From: an uncultured Chloroflexia bacterium
GTDB taxonomy: Bacteria; Chloroflexota; Limnocylindria; Limnocylindrales; CSP1-4
DNA length: 64,000 bases
Assembly (NCBI GenBank): GCA_963819655.1
Contig: CAWFXA010000002.1
Location: forward strand, 1,248,001 to 1,312,000
Reading direction: 5' to 3'
The notes under the pieces are model-generated. The model saw only the letters and a program-made list of their open reading frames with translations. It ran no database searches and was not told the DNA's origin. Below are positions 19,036-29,928 of this stretch, piece after piece. A program made the translations under genes and the position numbers. Each line of letters opens with the position of its first letter. The first letter of the stretch is position 1.

Positions 19036-20808
19036 ATGCGCCCTGCCGCGACCTTCGCTCGAGCCGTCCCCGTCCGAGCTCTCGCGCTCGGCGCGATCGC
19101 GGCCCTGCTCCTCGGGACGGTCCCGGCAAGCGCCGCGGGTGGCGGGGTCAAGACCAGCCAAACAGCGATGCTGACCGCGGTCGGCGCCGGCATCACGGTC
19201 GAAGCGCTCATCACCGTCGGCGAGCCGGCCGGCGATGAGGGCTATATCTTCGAGTCGATCCCCGACGGGATCTCGATCGCAACCCGCGGCAAGGGCACGG
19301 TCGAGGTGTACGTCAACCATGAGACGTCACGCGTGCCCTTCCCGTATCCGCTCCCCCCTGGCACGCCGACCGCGACGAACGCTCAGAACGACTTCGACAA
19401 CGCGCAGATGAGCCGGCTGATCCTCAACCAGAAGAGCGCAGGCGTGCAGACGGGCAAGCTCGTCATCACGAGCGCCGAGAATTACCAGCGGTTCTGCTCG
19501 AACTACCTGGCCACCGCGGCCGAGGGATTTGACCGCGAACTCCTATTCACGAACGAGGAGACCCCGGACTGGGTCAATCGCAACGGGAATGCGTGGCCGA
19601 CCACGGTCGGTGCCTCCACCGCCCGCGAAGCCGGCGTGGTCGTTGCCTACGACCCCAAGACCGGCAAGAACCGGCCGATCTGGGGTATGGGTCGACACAA
19701 CCACGAGAACGCCGTGCCGATCCCCGGGTTCGACGACCTCGTCCTGCTGTCCGGCGACGACACGTTCACCAACAACCCGTCCCAGTCACAGCTCTATTCG
19801 TACATCGCCCCCAACGCCGACGCAGTGTGGAATGACGAGGGCACGCTCTGGGCGTTCGTGTCGGACAACGCCGACTACCAGATCTACGAGGACTTCGAGC
19901 CGGGCGATACGACCTCGATCAAGGGCCACTTCGTCGAAGTGCCGCGCCTGATCGCAACGGGTCGCAAGGCCGATGGGACCGAGCTGATGTCGGCCGACGT
20001 CCCGGCCAGCCTCGGCGGGCCGTTCCCGACGCCGCCCACGAGCAGCGCCTGGCAGCGCGATCCGGTCACCGGCGTCGGCGTCGACGGTCCACAGTGGGTG
20101 CTCGAATACTGGTCGCAACAGCACGACGTCTTCGATTTCGTGCGGGTGGAAGACATCGCCTACGACAAGCGAACCGGACAGTCGAACGTCGTCTACGTGG
20201 TCGACTCCGGTCGCGGCTTCACACCGGCGCCTCCGCCCGCCCCGCCGTCGCCGGCGTTCGGCCCCGGGCTCTCGACCAACGGTCGGGTCTGGAAGATGGT
20301 CCTGGATCCGGCCGATCCCAAGAAGGTGACCTCGCTGTCGATCCTGATCGAGGGCGATGACAAGGCCGTCAAGGCCGTCGACGAGATCCACCAGCCCGAC
20401 AACATCGAGTCGACCGTCAACGGTCTGTACTTCACGGAGGACCCGGGTTCGAGCCAGCAGTTCCCGGTCACGTCGACCGATCCCGCCGCGACCTCGGCGC
20501 GCGTCTGGCAGTACCGGTTCGACGCGGAGGCGGCGACGGTCGCCGCCGAGGTTGACCAGTCGCTCGACGAAGGAGGCACCGATGTCGACCTCGCGACGAC
20601 CAAGGGCAACCTCGGTGCATGGGAGGCAACCGGCATCGTCGATGCCTCGGCCGCCTTTGGCCCCGGTGCGTTCCTGGTGAACGTCCAGGCCCACTCTCTC
20701 TGGATCGATAAGCGAACGGGTGACGACAACTTCCCGCCAGCCGGCCCCGAGGTCACCGACAAGAAGGAGGGCGGGCAGCTGTTGCTCGTTCGCATCCCGA
20801 ACGGCTGA
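19036..20808 (+). CDS. Secreted PhoX-like (DUF839) phosphatase
   Basis: Signal peptide ending PASA, VNHE, MGRHNHEN, RVEDI, PDNI, FTEDP, WEATG, VNVQAH; AGGAGG RBS. Confidence 0.75.
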   Translation: MRPAATFARAVPVRALALGAIAALLLGTVPASAAGGGVKTSQTAMLTAVGAGITVEALITVGEPAGDEGYIFESIPDGISIATRGKGTVEVYVNHETSRVPFPYPLPPGTPTATNAQNDFDNAQMSRLILNQKSAGVQTGKLVITSAENYQRFCSNYLATAAEGFDRELLFTNEETPDWVNRNGNAWPTTVGASTAREAGVVVAYDPKTGKNRPIWGMGRHNHENAVPIPGFDDLVLLSGDDTFTNNPSQSQLYSYIAPNADAVWNDEGTLWAFVSDNADYQIYEDFEPGDTTSIKGHFVEVPRLIATGRKADGTELMSADVPASLGGPFPTPPTSSAWQRDPVTGVGVDGPQWVLEYWSQQHDVFDFVRVEDIAYDKRTGQSNVVYVVDSGRGFTPAPPPAPPSPAFGPGLSTNGRVWKMVLDPADPKKVTSLSILIEGDDKAVKAVDEIHQPDNIESTVNGLYFTEDPGSSQQFPVTSTDPAATSARVWQYRFDAEAATVAAEVDQSLDEGGTDVDLATTKGNLGAWEATGIVDASAAFGPGAFLVNVQAHSLWIDKRTGDDNFPPAGPEVTDKKEGGQLLLVRIPNG

Positions 20809-20829
20809 ACCACGCCCCCAGCGCCGCTC

Positions 20830-20854
20830 GAGGCCCCGCCATCGGCGGGGCCTC
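20830..20854. terminator. Hairpin terminator between convergent genes
   Basis: Perfect 11-bp stem GAGGCCCCGCC-ATC-GGCGGGGCCTC, no U-tract. Confidence 0.7.
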
Positions 20855-20891
20855 GGCGCGTCAACCGCCCGTGGCAGCCGCTAGACGACGC

Positions 20892-22301
20892 TCACGAATC
20901 GAAGCCGATCCCGGCGGCATCGAGCGTGCGCAGGATCAAGCCCCGGCGGCCCTCGTTTCGGTCCGCACGATCGAGCTCGTGGCGGACGGTCTCGACCGCG
21001 AAGGAGCGGAGCGGTTCGGGCGGGAACGGGACGGGCGGGCTCGTCACGAGCCGTAGCCGCAGGCGATCCTCGCCGGGACGCAGGATGAAGTCGCGGACGA
21101 CGCCCGCCGCCCACCTGCTCGCGCCGACGCCGAGCCCGGTGTACCCGAGTGCGTATGTCACGCGTCCGCCGAGGATCTGGCCGAACGTCACGGTGAACCG
21201 CGAGGTCGTATCGATCGCCCCGCCCCAGCGATAGGGGAAGCCGAGTCCCGCGAGCTGCGGGAACGCCCGGAAGAACTGCGCCTCGAGCTTGTCGAATGTC
21301 TGCGGGCGCCGGTCGAGATCAGGGCCGACCCGGCTGCCACGGTGGTGGACGGCGTCGTAGCCGCCCCACAGGATCCGATCGTCGGCGGTCAGCCTGAAGT
21401 AGTGGAACTGGTTGTTGGCGTCCGACAGTCCCTGGCGCCGTCGCCAGCCGATCGCGTCGCGCTGGTCGGGCGTCAAGGGCTCCGACACCAGGGCATAGTC
21501 GTAGACCGGGACGAACGTCGACGCCAGGCGGGCCAGCCAGCCCGAATAGGCCGATGTGGCGACGACGACGTGGTCCGCGACGACCAGGCCGGCCCCAGCC
21601 GTCCGAACCTCCACGCGTCCGGCCCGGCGCTCAAGGCTCGTCACACGCGTGCCCTCGTGGATCCGGACACCCCGTTCGCGCGCCACCCGCGCGATGCCCC
21701 GACACAGCTTCGCCGGGTCGACGAGGATGTCGCGCCCCGGTGGGCGATAGACACCGGCATGCCACAGCGGCGAGTGGACCTCCTCACGAGCCGCGTCCCG
21801 GTCGAGGAACTCGAGGCGCTCGCCGTGCTCGGCGGCCTCGTCGACCCACGCGCGGAACTCGTCGACCTGGTAGGGCTGGTCGGCGAGTGCCAGTATCCCG
21901 GTCTCCTCGAGATCACAGTCGATGCCGTGCTCGCGCGTGAACGCGACGAGCGCCTCGAGGTTGTCGATGCCTTCGCGCTCGAGGCGTTCCAGCTCATCGG
22001 GGAAGTGCTTGATGCCGTTGGCCAGACCATGCGTGAGGCTGGCTTCGCAGAACCCGCCGTTGCGGCCGCTCGCACCGAACGCGATCGTCTCCATCTCGAG
22101 CACGACGACGCGGAGGCTCGGGTCCGAATCGGTCAAGGCGATCGCGGTCCACAGGCCTGTGAACCCGCCACCGATGATGGCCACATCGACCGCGACGCGC
22201 TCACCCGGTGCCAGAGGCGGGTCGGCGACGCCGTCCGGCGCCGGATCGCGCAGCCAGAACGACACGGGTTCGTGGATCGGGTCAGGACGCGGGTTCGTCA
22301 C
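20892..22301 (-). CDS. FAD-dependent amine oxidoreductase (DAO/PuuB-like)
   Basis: DVAIIGGGFTGLWTA, GASGRNGG, FHYFRLTADDRILWGG, GYTGLGVG. Confidence 0.9.
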   Translation of the reverse strand: MTNPRPDPIHEPVSFWLRDPAPDGVADPPLAPGERVAVDVAIIGGGFTGLWTAIALTDSDPSLRVVVLEMETIAFGASGRNGGFCEASLTHGLANGIKHFPDELERLEREGIDNLEALVAFTREHGIDCDLEETGILALADQPYQVDEFRAWVDEAAEHGERLEFLDRDAAREEVHSPLWHAGVYRPPGRDILVDPAKLCRGIARVARERGVRIHEGTRVTSLERRAGRVEVRTAGAGLVVADHVVVATSAYSGWLARLASTFVPVYDYALVSEPLTPDQRDAIGWRRRQGLSDANNQFHYFRLTADDRILWGGYDAVHHRGSRVGPDLDRRPQTFDKLEAQFFRAFPQLAGLGFPYRWGGAIDTTSRFTVTFGQILGGRVTYALGYTGLGVGASRWAAGVVRDFILRPGEDRLRLRLVTSPPVPFPPEPLRSFAVETVRHELDRADRNEGRRGLILRTLDAAGIGFDS

Positions 22302-22456
22302 GCGGTCATGGTGGCACGTCCGGCTGACGCGCCACGCAGACCTGCGGTATTCGTGGTACCCCCGTCAGCTGCCGCGCGATTCGTGGCATCCGCGGCGCGA
22401 CCGGACGAATGTCGCGTTGACGGCCCCTTTGACCGTATGGCACGATGAGCGCCCGC

Positions 22457-22477
22457 GCGTCCCGTATCGCGCAACGC
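22457..22477. promoter_or_regulatory. Imperfect palindrome, candidate IclR operator
   Basis: GCGTCCCGTATCGCGCAACGC just downstream of a TTGACG-N18-CACGAT promoter-like pair in the divergent intergenic region. Confidence 0.3.
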
Positions 22478-22522
22478 CCGTCCCACGCTTCGGGCCGTCC
22501 AACGCCGCCACCTGAGGAGCTC

Positions 22523-23926
22523 ATGGCCACCGAGCCCGCCGCCGCCCGCGTCACCCCACGCCTCCGCCGCGATCGCCAGCTGGCGTTGTTCCGGCGCGCC
22601 TCGCAGCGGATGCCCGGCGGAGCCGACTCGAACTTCCGCGCGTGGGGCGAGAGCACGATCTATGTCGATCGCGGCAAGGGTGGCCTCGTCTGGGATGCCG
22701 ATGGCAACGAGTTCGTCGACCTTCGGATGGGTTACGGGCCGGTCATCCTCGGACATGGCGACCCGCGCGTCGACGACTACGTCAACGAGCGCATGCGCCA
22801 GGGCGTCAGCTTCAGCCTGACCAGCGCGGACGAGATCCAGGCGATCGAGCTCCTGTGCGATCTGACGGGCTGGGTCGACATGGCGCGGCTGACCGTGTCC
22901 GGGACCGAGGCGACGATGCACGCGATGCGTCTCGCCCGCGCGTTCACCGGTCGCGAGCGCATCGTGAAGTTCGAAGGCCAGTACCACGGTGTCCACGACT
23001 ACGCTCTGATCAGCGTCGGCCCGGACGACATGTCCGAGCTCGGCGACCCGGACGCTCCGGTCGCGCTGGCTTGGGGTCGCGGGATCCCCGGCGCGGTCGC
23101 GGAGACGATGATCCCCGCCCGCTACAACCGGATCGACCGGCTGCGCACCCTCTTCGAGCAGCGCGGCGAGGAGATCGCCGCGATCATCGTCGAGCCGGTC
23201 CTCGGCAACGCCCAGGCGATCATGCCCGAGCCTGGCTTCCACAAGGAGATGCGCGCGCTCACCGAGGAGTTCGGGATCCTGCTGATCTTCGACGAGGTCA
23301 AGACCGGCTTCCGCTTCGCGCGGGGCGGCGCCGCGGAGTTCTTCGGCGTAACGCCCGACCTCGCGACCTACGCCAAGGCGATGGGCAACGGCTACCCGGC
23401 CGCGGCGTTCGGCGGCCGGCGCGACATCATGGAGCTGCTTCCAGACAAGGTGAGCCACGGCGGGACGTACGCCGGGAACCGGGTCGCCGCCGCGGCCGCC
23501 GTCGCGACGCTCCAGATCCTGCGGGACACAAACGCGCTCGAGACGATCCACGCGACCGGCCGGACGATCCAGGACGGCCTGAGGGAGATCCTGGATCCTG
23601 TCGGGCTGCCGTATCACTTCACCGGCCATCCGGCGATGTTCGGGATCATGTTCCGCGAGGAGGTCGCGACGGAGTACCGCGACTGGGCCACCAGCGATCA
23701 CGAGCTGTACGACGCGATCGCGATCGGTATGCACGCGCGCGGGGCGATGCCGGAGCCCGACTCGCGCGAGCCGTGGTTCATGTGCGAGGCGCACGCCGAT
23801 GCCGACATCATCGATCGGGTGCTGACCGCGTTCCAGGAGTCGCTCGACGCCGCGCTCGACGAGCGCGCCCATGGCGGACCTGCCCCGACGCCGCACGGCG
23901 GCATGGCCTCCCCGGCAGCCGGCTGA
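22523..23926 (+). CDS. Class III PLP aminotransferase (GSA aminomutase-like)
   Basis: PGGADSNFR, SGTEATMHAMRLARA, KFEGQYHG, IFDEVKTGFR, YAKAMGNG, HGGTYAGN; GAGGAG RBS. Confidence 0.9.
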   Translation: MATEPAAARVTPRLRRDRQLALFRRASQRMPGGADSNFRAWGESTIYVDRGKGGLVWDADGNEFVDLRMGYGPVILGHGDPRVDDYVNERMRQGVSFSLTSADEIQAIELLCDLTGWVDMARLTVSGTEATMHAMRLARAFTGRERIVKFEGQYHGVHDYALISVGPDDMSELGDPDAPVALAWGRGIPGAVAETMIPARYNRIDRLRTLFEQRGEEIAAIIVEPVLGNAQAIMPEPGFHKEMRALTEEFGILLIFDEVKTGFRFARGGAAEFFGVTPDLATYAKAMGNGYPAAAFGGRRDIMELLPDKVSHGGTYAGNRVAAAAAVATLQILRDTNALETIHATGRTIQDGLREILDPVGLPYHFTGHPAMFGIMFREEVATEYRDWATSDHELYDAIAIGMHARGAMPEPDSREPWFMCEAHADADIIDRVLTAFQESLDAALDERAHGGPAPTPHGGMASPAAG

Positions 23927-23939
23927 GCGCGGACGGCCG

Positions 23940-25025
23940 ATGGTCCTCGACGGCAACGCGGTCCGCTCGGTCGACCGGGCCGCCGCGCTCCTTCTGGCCC
24001 TCGGCGAGTCCCAGGGCGAGGCAGGCGTGACCGAGCTGGCCCGGCGGTTGGGACTCCACAAGTCGACGGCCTCGCGTCTGCTGGCGACCCTCCAGCGGCG
24101 GGGCCTGGTCGAGCAGGACGACGAGACCGGGAAGTACCGGCTCGGGCTGGTCGTCATCCGGCTGGCCGAGCGCGCCGAGCGCACCCTCGACCTCAGAGGG
24201 ATCGCGATGCCGGAGCTGGAGCGACTCGCGCGGCTCACGCATGAGACGACCGGTGTCGGCATCCTCGACGGGGAGTCGCTGCTGACCGTCGCGCAGGTCG
24301 ACGGTCCGAACCTCATCGCCGTCGGCGACTGGACAGGGCGGTCGACTCCGCTCCATTGCGTCGCATCGGGCAAGGTGCTGATGTCCTCCCTGGCCGAGCG
24401 CGAGGTGTTGCGCATCGTCCGGCGCGGTCTCATCCAGTACACGGAGCGGACGATCGTCGAGCTCGAGCCCCTGCTCGAGGAGCTCGCGCGGATCCGGCGG
24501 CGCGGTTACGCGACCGCGATCGGCGAGTACGAGCTGGGCCTGAACGCCGTGAGCGCCCCGATCCACGATGCGCGGGGCAATGTCATCGCCGCGGTCGACA
24601 TCTGGGGCCCGGCGTTCCGGCTGACGCCGCGGCGCATCCCCGAACTGGCCGCCCAGGCCCGCGAGGCCGCGGCGGCGATCTCCGTCCGCCTCGGCGGCAC
24701 GGTCCCCGAGCGGCAGGCCGACGCCCCCGGTCCACGCGACGGCCTGAGCCGGCCAGGGGCGCCCTACCGGCCCCCGAGCGAAAGGGCCGCTGGCGGTCGC
24801 CATGTGATTGTTGCTCACACGCACGTCATTCGAACAAAACGTTCATGGCCATCAGCTCAGGCCGCGCGAATCCCCAGCTGGAGCGCATGGCGCACGCTCA
24901 TTCATGCGGATCGCGTGGGCAGGAGCGACACGCCGCCGAGTCGCCGGGCCGCATCGGCTGATGAGTCAAGCAGGACCCTCTTAGCCTGCGACTCACTCGC
25001 TAGGCTGTATCGATGCTCGAGCTGA
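23940..25025 (+). CDS. IclR family transcriptional regulator (C-terminal ~90 aa probably spurious)
   Basis: VRSVDRAAALL, GVTELARRLGLHKSTASRLL HTH, HCVASGKVL, RRRGYA, SAPI; domain ends near 24700. Confidence 0.9.
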   Translation: MVLDGNAVRSVDRAAALLLALGESQGEAGVTELARRLGLHKSTASRLLATLQRRGLVEQDDETGKYRLGLVVIRLAERAERTLDLRGIAMPELERLARLTHETTGVGILDGESLLTVAQVDGPNLIAVGDWTGRSTPLHCVASGKVLMSSLAEREVLRIVRRGLIQYTERTIVELEPLLEELARIRRRGYATAIGEYELGLNAVSAPIHDARGNVIAAVDIWGPAFRLTPRRIPELAAQAREAAAAISVRLGGTVPERQADAPGPRDGLSRPGAPYRPPSERAAGGRHVIVAHTHVIRTKRSWPSAQAARIPSWSAWRTLIHADRVGRSDTPPSRRAASADESSRTLLACDSLARLYRCSS

Positions 25026-25963
25026 CGTCCGCCGAGGTCGCCGACCTCGTCCGTACCACGCTGCTGCCGATCCTCCTCGTCCTCGTTTTCGCGGTGATCG
25101 CGACACGCCTGGCGAGCTCGTTCGTGCACGGCATCGTCAAGGCCCTCTTCGACCGCGAGGCGACCGAGGGGACGGCGCAGGAGCTGAGCGCCGTCGAGCT
25201 CAAGAAGCGGATGGACACGCTCGAGGGCCTGGGTGCCCGCGCGATCCAGTTCTTCATCGTGGTCATCGCGGCGCTGATGATCCTCGGCCGGCTCGGGCTC
25301 GATATCGGCCCGGCGGTGGCAGGACTCGGCGTCATCGGGATCGCCGTGGGCTTCGGCGCCCAGACGCTCGTCCGCGACTACCTGAACGGCTCCCTCATCC
25401 TCATCGAGAACCAGTTCAGTGTCGGCGACGTCGTCCGGCTGGCTGGCGTGGCCGGCACCGTCGAGGACTTCAACCTGCGACGCACGACCGTCCGCGACAT
25501 CGATGGCGTCGTTCACACCATCCCCAACGGCGAGATCAAAGTGGCGTCCAACCTGACCCGTGTCTGGGCCAGGATCAACCAGGACGTCACCGTCGCCTAC
25601 GGCACCGACATCGACAAGGCGATCGACGTCGTCGACAGCCTCGGCAAGGCGATGGCCGAGGACCCCATCTGGAAGCGCCGCATCCTCGAGCCGCCGCGAG
25701 TCGAGCGGGTCGAGGCTCTCGGCGAATACGGCGTCACGCTCAAGATCCTCGGCTCGGTGCGCGCACCGGAGCAATGGGCCGCCGCCGGCGAGTTCCGCAA
25801 GCGGCTCCTCGCCGCGCTCGAAGCGAACGGCATCGAGATCCCCCGGCCCCAGCGCGTGGTGCTCTCCCGCGACCCGGACGATCCGAGCGTCCTGACTGCC
25901 TCGGGCTTGGGAGCCACCGGCGCCGACGACACGTCCGGCAGCCAGCCTGGGTCGCGGGGCTGA
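25013..25963 (+). CDS. MscS family mechanosensitive channel
   Basis: AGLGVIGIAVGFGAQTLVRDYLNG, ENQFSVGD, GTVEDFNLRRT, IPNGEI. Confidence 0.93.
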   Translation: MLELTSAEVADLVRTTLLPILLVLVFAVIATRLASSFVHGIVKALFDREATEGTAQELSAVELKKRMDTLEGLGARAIQFFIVVIAALMILGRLGLDIGPAVAGLGVIGIAVGFGAQTLVRDYLNGSLILIENQFSVGDVVRLAGVAGTVEDFNLRRTTVRDIDGVVHTIPNGEIKVASNLTRVWARINQDVTVAYGTDIDKAIDVVDSLGKAMAEDPIWKRRILEPPRVERVEALGEYGVTLKILGSVRAPEQWAAAGEFRKRLLAALEANGIEIPRPQRVVLSRDPDDPSVLTASGLGATGADDTSGSQPGSRG

Positions 25964-26007
25964 CAAGGTAGGATGACCCGGCCAACCGACTCCGGAGGTG
26001 TGTGTCC

Positions 26008-27988
26008 GTGAGCCTCGACCAGTCCTCCACGCCGACCGCCGAGATCGAGAACCTCCTTGCCGAGGACCGGACGTTCCCGCCCGATCCGGCGTTCACCGCG
26101 CAGGCCAACGCGACGGCGGCGCTCTACGAGGAGGCCGAGGCCGACCCGGAGGCCTTCTGGGCACGACTCGCCCGCGAGCGGATCGACTGGGTCGAGGACT
26201 TCCACACGACCCTCGAGTGGGACCTGCCGTTCGCAAAGTGGTTCGTCGGTGGCAAGCTGAACCTGGCGTACAACTGCATCGACCGCCACGTCGAGCGCGG
26301 TCTCGGGGACAAGGTCGCATATCACTGGATCGGCGAACCCGGCGACACCCGGACGATCACCTTTGCGGACCTCCAGCGCGAGGTCAGCAAGGCGGCCAAC
26401 GCCCTCCTCGAGCTCGGGGTGACCACCGGCGACCGCGTTGCGATCTACATGCCGATGATCCCGGAGCTGCCGATCGCGATGCTGGCCTGCGCGCGGATCG
26501 GCGCGCCCCACACGGTTGTGTTCGGTGGCTTCTCCGCGGAGGCGCTGAGCGGGCGCATCAACGACGCCGAGGCCAAGCTGGTCATCACGGCCGACGGTGG
26601 CTGGCGGCGCGGCAAGCCCGCGCCGCTGAAGCCGGCCGTCGACGACGCACTGACCCAGACCCCGTCGGTCGAGCACACGATCGTCGTCCGTCGCCTCGGC
26701 GACGAGGTCGAGGGCGGGACCTCGATGTCGGATGGCCGCGACGTGTGGTGGCACGACATCGTCGATCGCCAGCCGGAGACGAACAAGCCGGTCGCGCTCG
26801 ACAGCGAGCACATGCTGTACCTGCTGTACACCTCGGGCACCACCGCCAAGCCCAAGGGCATCATCCACACGAGCGCCGGCTATCTCCTCGGCGCGAGCTT
26901 CACCCACGAGATGGTCTTCGACGTGAAGCCCGACGACGTGTACTGGTGTGCGGCGGACGTCGGCTGGGTGACCGGCCACAGCTACATCGTCTACGGCCCG
27001 CTCGCCAACGCCACGACCAGCGTGCTCTACGAGGGCACTCCGGACACCCCGGATTGGGGCCGCTGGTGGCAGATCATCGAGGACTACAAGGTCAACATCC
27101 TGTACTGCGCACCAACGGCCATTCGCGCCCACATGAAGCAGGGGGCCGAGTGGGCCCACGCGCACGACCTCTCGAGCCTGCGCGTCCTGGGCTCGGTCGG
27201 CGAGCCGATCAACCCGGTCGCCTGGCTCTGGTACGACAAGCACATCGGCCGCGGTCGCACGCCGATCGTCGACACGTGGTGGCAGACCGAGACCGGCATG
27301 ATCATGATCACGCCGCTCCCCGGGGTGACCGTCACGAAGCCCGGCAGTGCCACTTTCCCGTTCCCGGGCATCGAGGTCGACGTCATCGACCGCGCCGGCA
27401 ACTCGGTGCCGCTGGGCGGTGGTGGGCTGCTCGTCCTGAAGCGGCCGTGGCCGGCGATGCTGCGCGGCATCTATGGCGATCCGGAGCGATACAAGGAGAC
27501 GTACTGGAGCCGATTCCCCGGCCTGTACTTCGCCGGCGACGGGGCGAAACGGGACAAGGACGGCTATCTGTGGCTGCTCGGTCGCGTCGATGACGTCATG
27601 AACGTGTCAGGTCATCGACTCTCGACGACCGAGATCGAGAGCGCGCTCGTGTCGCCACCCGGCCGTGGCCGAGGCGGCGGTCGTCGGCGGCCCCGACCCG
27701 ATCACGGGCGAGGCCATCAACGCCTTCGTGATCCTGCGCCTCGGCAACGAGGCCAACCCGGCGCTCGGCGAGGAGCTGCGCAATCACGTCTCGACCAAGA
27801 TCAGCCCGATCGCCAAGCCGAAGACGTTGATGTTCGTGCCCGACCTGCCGAAGACCCGGTCGGGCAAGATCATGCGCCGGCTCCTGCGCGATATCGCCCA
27901 GGGCCGCACGCTGGGCGACACCACGACCCTGGCCGACGCGAATGTCGTCGACCTGATCCGGTCGAATTCCGGCGCCGCGGAGGAATGA
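26008..27988 (+). CDS. acs: Acetyl-CoA synthetase (single +1 frameshift near 27655)
   Basis: [49 protein letters not shown]; C-terminus [12 protein letters not shown] in the next frame. Confidence 0.93.
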
Positions 27989-27989
27989 T

Positions 27990-28637
27990 GTGCCGTTCGA
28001 CTTCCTGAGACGGAAGAAGGTCGGGGGAGCGGCGAAGGCATCGAGCGCGGCCGCCGCCGGGCGTCCGGGCGGGTATGGCATCCCGTTCGATGGTCTGACC
28101 GAGGAGTGGCGGATCGTCGGCAACATGCAGATCGAGACCCGCCTGTCCGATGCACTCAACAAGCGCGAGTCGGTGACGATCTCGGACGTCCAATGGGCGC
28201 CCGCCGACGGCTCAGCGCCTCTGGCGCCCGCGCCCGGGCTCAAGGCGGTCGACCCCTACGACCTGATCATCGTGCTCGCCGGCGAGGCGACGCTGCCCCC
28301 GCTGACGGACGCGGAGCGGGCCGCCCACAAGGTCCACAAGGTCGCATACGACGTAGCCCTCGAGGTCCCGCCGTTCAAGGTCGTCGGGACAGTGCACCTG
28401 CACCCAGGATCGGAGCCCGAGCGGCTGCTGGACCGCGCGACGGAGATGTTCGTGCCGGTCGTCGGGGCCGTGGCGTATCTGGGCGACCAGCCGATCGGGC
28501 CCGAGATGGACGCGGTCCTCGTCAACCGCTTCTACCTGCGTGGGATCGAGCAGGTCGACCGGCGGACCGGCGAGCGCCACCAGAGACTGCCGGGCGCGCC
28601 GATGGGCGGCATCTCCTGGCAGGATCGCACCCGCTAG
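27990..28637 (+). CDS. Hypothetical protein with two similar beta-rich repeats (DUF6812-like)
   Basis: Clean ORF; halves [15 protein letters not shown] and [24 protein letters not shown]. Confidence 0.65.
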   Translation: MPFDFLRRKKVGGAAKASSAAAAGRPGGYGIPFDGLTEEWRIVGNMQIETRLSDALNKRESVTISDVQWAPADGSAPLAPAPGLKAVDPYDLIIVLAGEATLPPLTDAERAAHKVHKVAYDVALEVPPFKVVGTVHLHPGSEPERLLDRATEMFVPVVGAVAYLGDQPIGPEMDAVLVNRFYLRGIEQVDRRTGERHQRLPGAPMGGISWQDRTR

Positions 28638-28697
28638 GACGGCCTCGACCGAGCGCCGATGCGGGCCGATGCCGTCGGGCCGCCAGGAACCCGGCGG

Positions 28698-29924
28698 CTA
28701 GGCGCGCGCGGTCGTCTTGGCGCGGTTGAAGAGGGCGAACGGAACCTTGACGGGCGGAGGGGCGATCGGGGTACCGAGGACCCGGTCGGCCAGCGCGTCG
28801 AAGTCATCGGTGATGCGTTCCTTGGGGAACATCTCGATCACCGTGCGGCCCTCGTTGGCCGCGCGGACGAACAGCAGCCCGCCCGACCGGATCAGGGCGA
28901 TCGACGGCATCCCGACGGTCCGCTCCATGTCCGCGACGCCGACGCCGCTGTTGGCCCGGTTGATCACCAGGGCCAGCCGCTCGCGCACACCGATCTCCGT
29001 CGCGAAGTCGGTCAGCTGGACGGCAGCGCGGATCGCCGGCACGTCCGGGGTGACGGGGACGAGGATCCGGTCGGCGATCGCGAAGACCGCCTGGTTGAGA
29101 TGGCTGTACGACGGATGCAGGTCGACCACGATGAAGTCGAAGCCGCGCCGCGCGCTCGTGATGGCCTCGGCCACGCGCTCCGGGTCGAGGATCTCGGTAT
29201 CGAGCGGCGACGTGGTGAGCGACGCGACGCGCATGCCCGACGAGTGCGCCGAGGCGATCTCGGCGAGGGTCTCCCGCGGCCCGCCCTCCTGCTGGTCGCG
29301 CCAGCTGTCGGCGAGGGTGCGGACGCCATCGATCCCGAGCGACGTCGAGACGTGGCCCGTGACGGTATCCGCGTCCACGAGGAGCACGCTGTGGCCGCGT
29401 CGCGACTGGAGGACCGAGGCGAGGTTCGTCGCGATGGTCGTCTTGCCGACACCGCCCTTGGGATTGAAGACGGCCAGGATCGTGGCGCGCTGGGCCCAGC
29501 CGTCGGCTTCGATCGGTCCGCTCTGGAGGACCGGACCCGATCCGTCGTCGACGGTCTGGCTGCGGATGCACATCGCTTCGACGCGCCACCGCAGCGACTC
29601 GGCGGAATACGGGCGGGTGAAGTATTCGTCCTCGACGTCACCCGAACTTGGATCGAGCCGCGCGAGGGCGCGCTCCGAGACGACCATCAGGGCCGGGATC
29701 GCTCGCCCGCCGTCACGGAGCAGCGAGTAATACTCGAGCGACTGGTCGAGGTCGGTCTCGCCGTCGAGGATCGCGACGGCCACGTCGCGCCGGCTGGCGA
29801 GGAAAGCCTCGAGCTCGTCAGGATGGGCGATGGTCGCGACCGTGAACCCGGCAGCTCGCAGCTCGGCGGAGACCGGAGCGGATTCCTCGGCTGGAAGGGC
29901 GACAGCGATGGCCGGTCGGGCCAC
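28698..29924 (-). CDS. Receiver-like domain fused to CpaE/MinD/ParA-type ATPase
   Basis: N-terminal VAILD receiver-like fold; deviant Walker A PKGGVGKTT, LLVDAD, FIVVD, LVINR. Confidence 0.85.
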   Translation of the reverse strand: MARPAIAVALPAEESAPVSAELRAAGFTVATIAHPDELEAFLASRRDVAVAILDGETDLDQSLEYYSLLRDGGRAIPALMVVSERALARLDPSSGDVEDEYFTRPYSAESLRWRVEAMCIRSQTVDDGSGPVLQSGPIEADGWAQRATILAVFNPKGGVGKTTIATNLASVLQSRRGHSVLLVDADTVTGHVSTSLGIDGVRTLADSWRDQQEGGPRETLAEIASAHSSGMRVASLTTSPLDTEILDPERVAEAITSARRGFDFIVVDLHPSYSHLNQAVFAIADRILVPVTPDVPAIRAAVQLTDFATEIGVRERLALVINRANSGVGVADMERTVGMPSIALIRSGGLLFVRAANEGRTVIEMFPKERITDDFDALADRVLGTPIAPPPVKVPFALFNRAKTTARA

Positions 29925-29928
29925 GATC

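Noticed and set aside
22523-23926. hemL assignment
   Set aside because: Lacks the PGGVNSPVRA signature and hem gene context.
24720-25025. Novel C-terminal domain on IclR
   Set aside because: Non-coding-like composition, overlaps the MscS start, and a TGA at 24745-24747 in the adjacent frame suggests an indel or lost stop.
27650-27665. Programmed frameshift or pseudogene in acs
   Set aside because: One extra C (GTCGCCACCC) with no slippery heptamer and both halves intact; most likely a sequencing indel.
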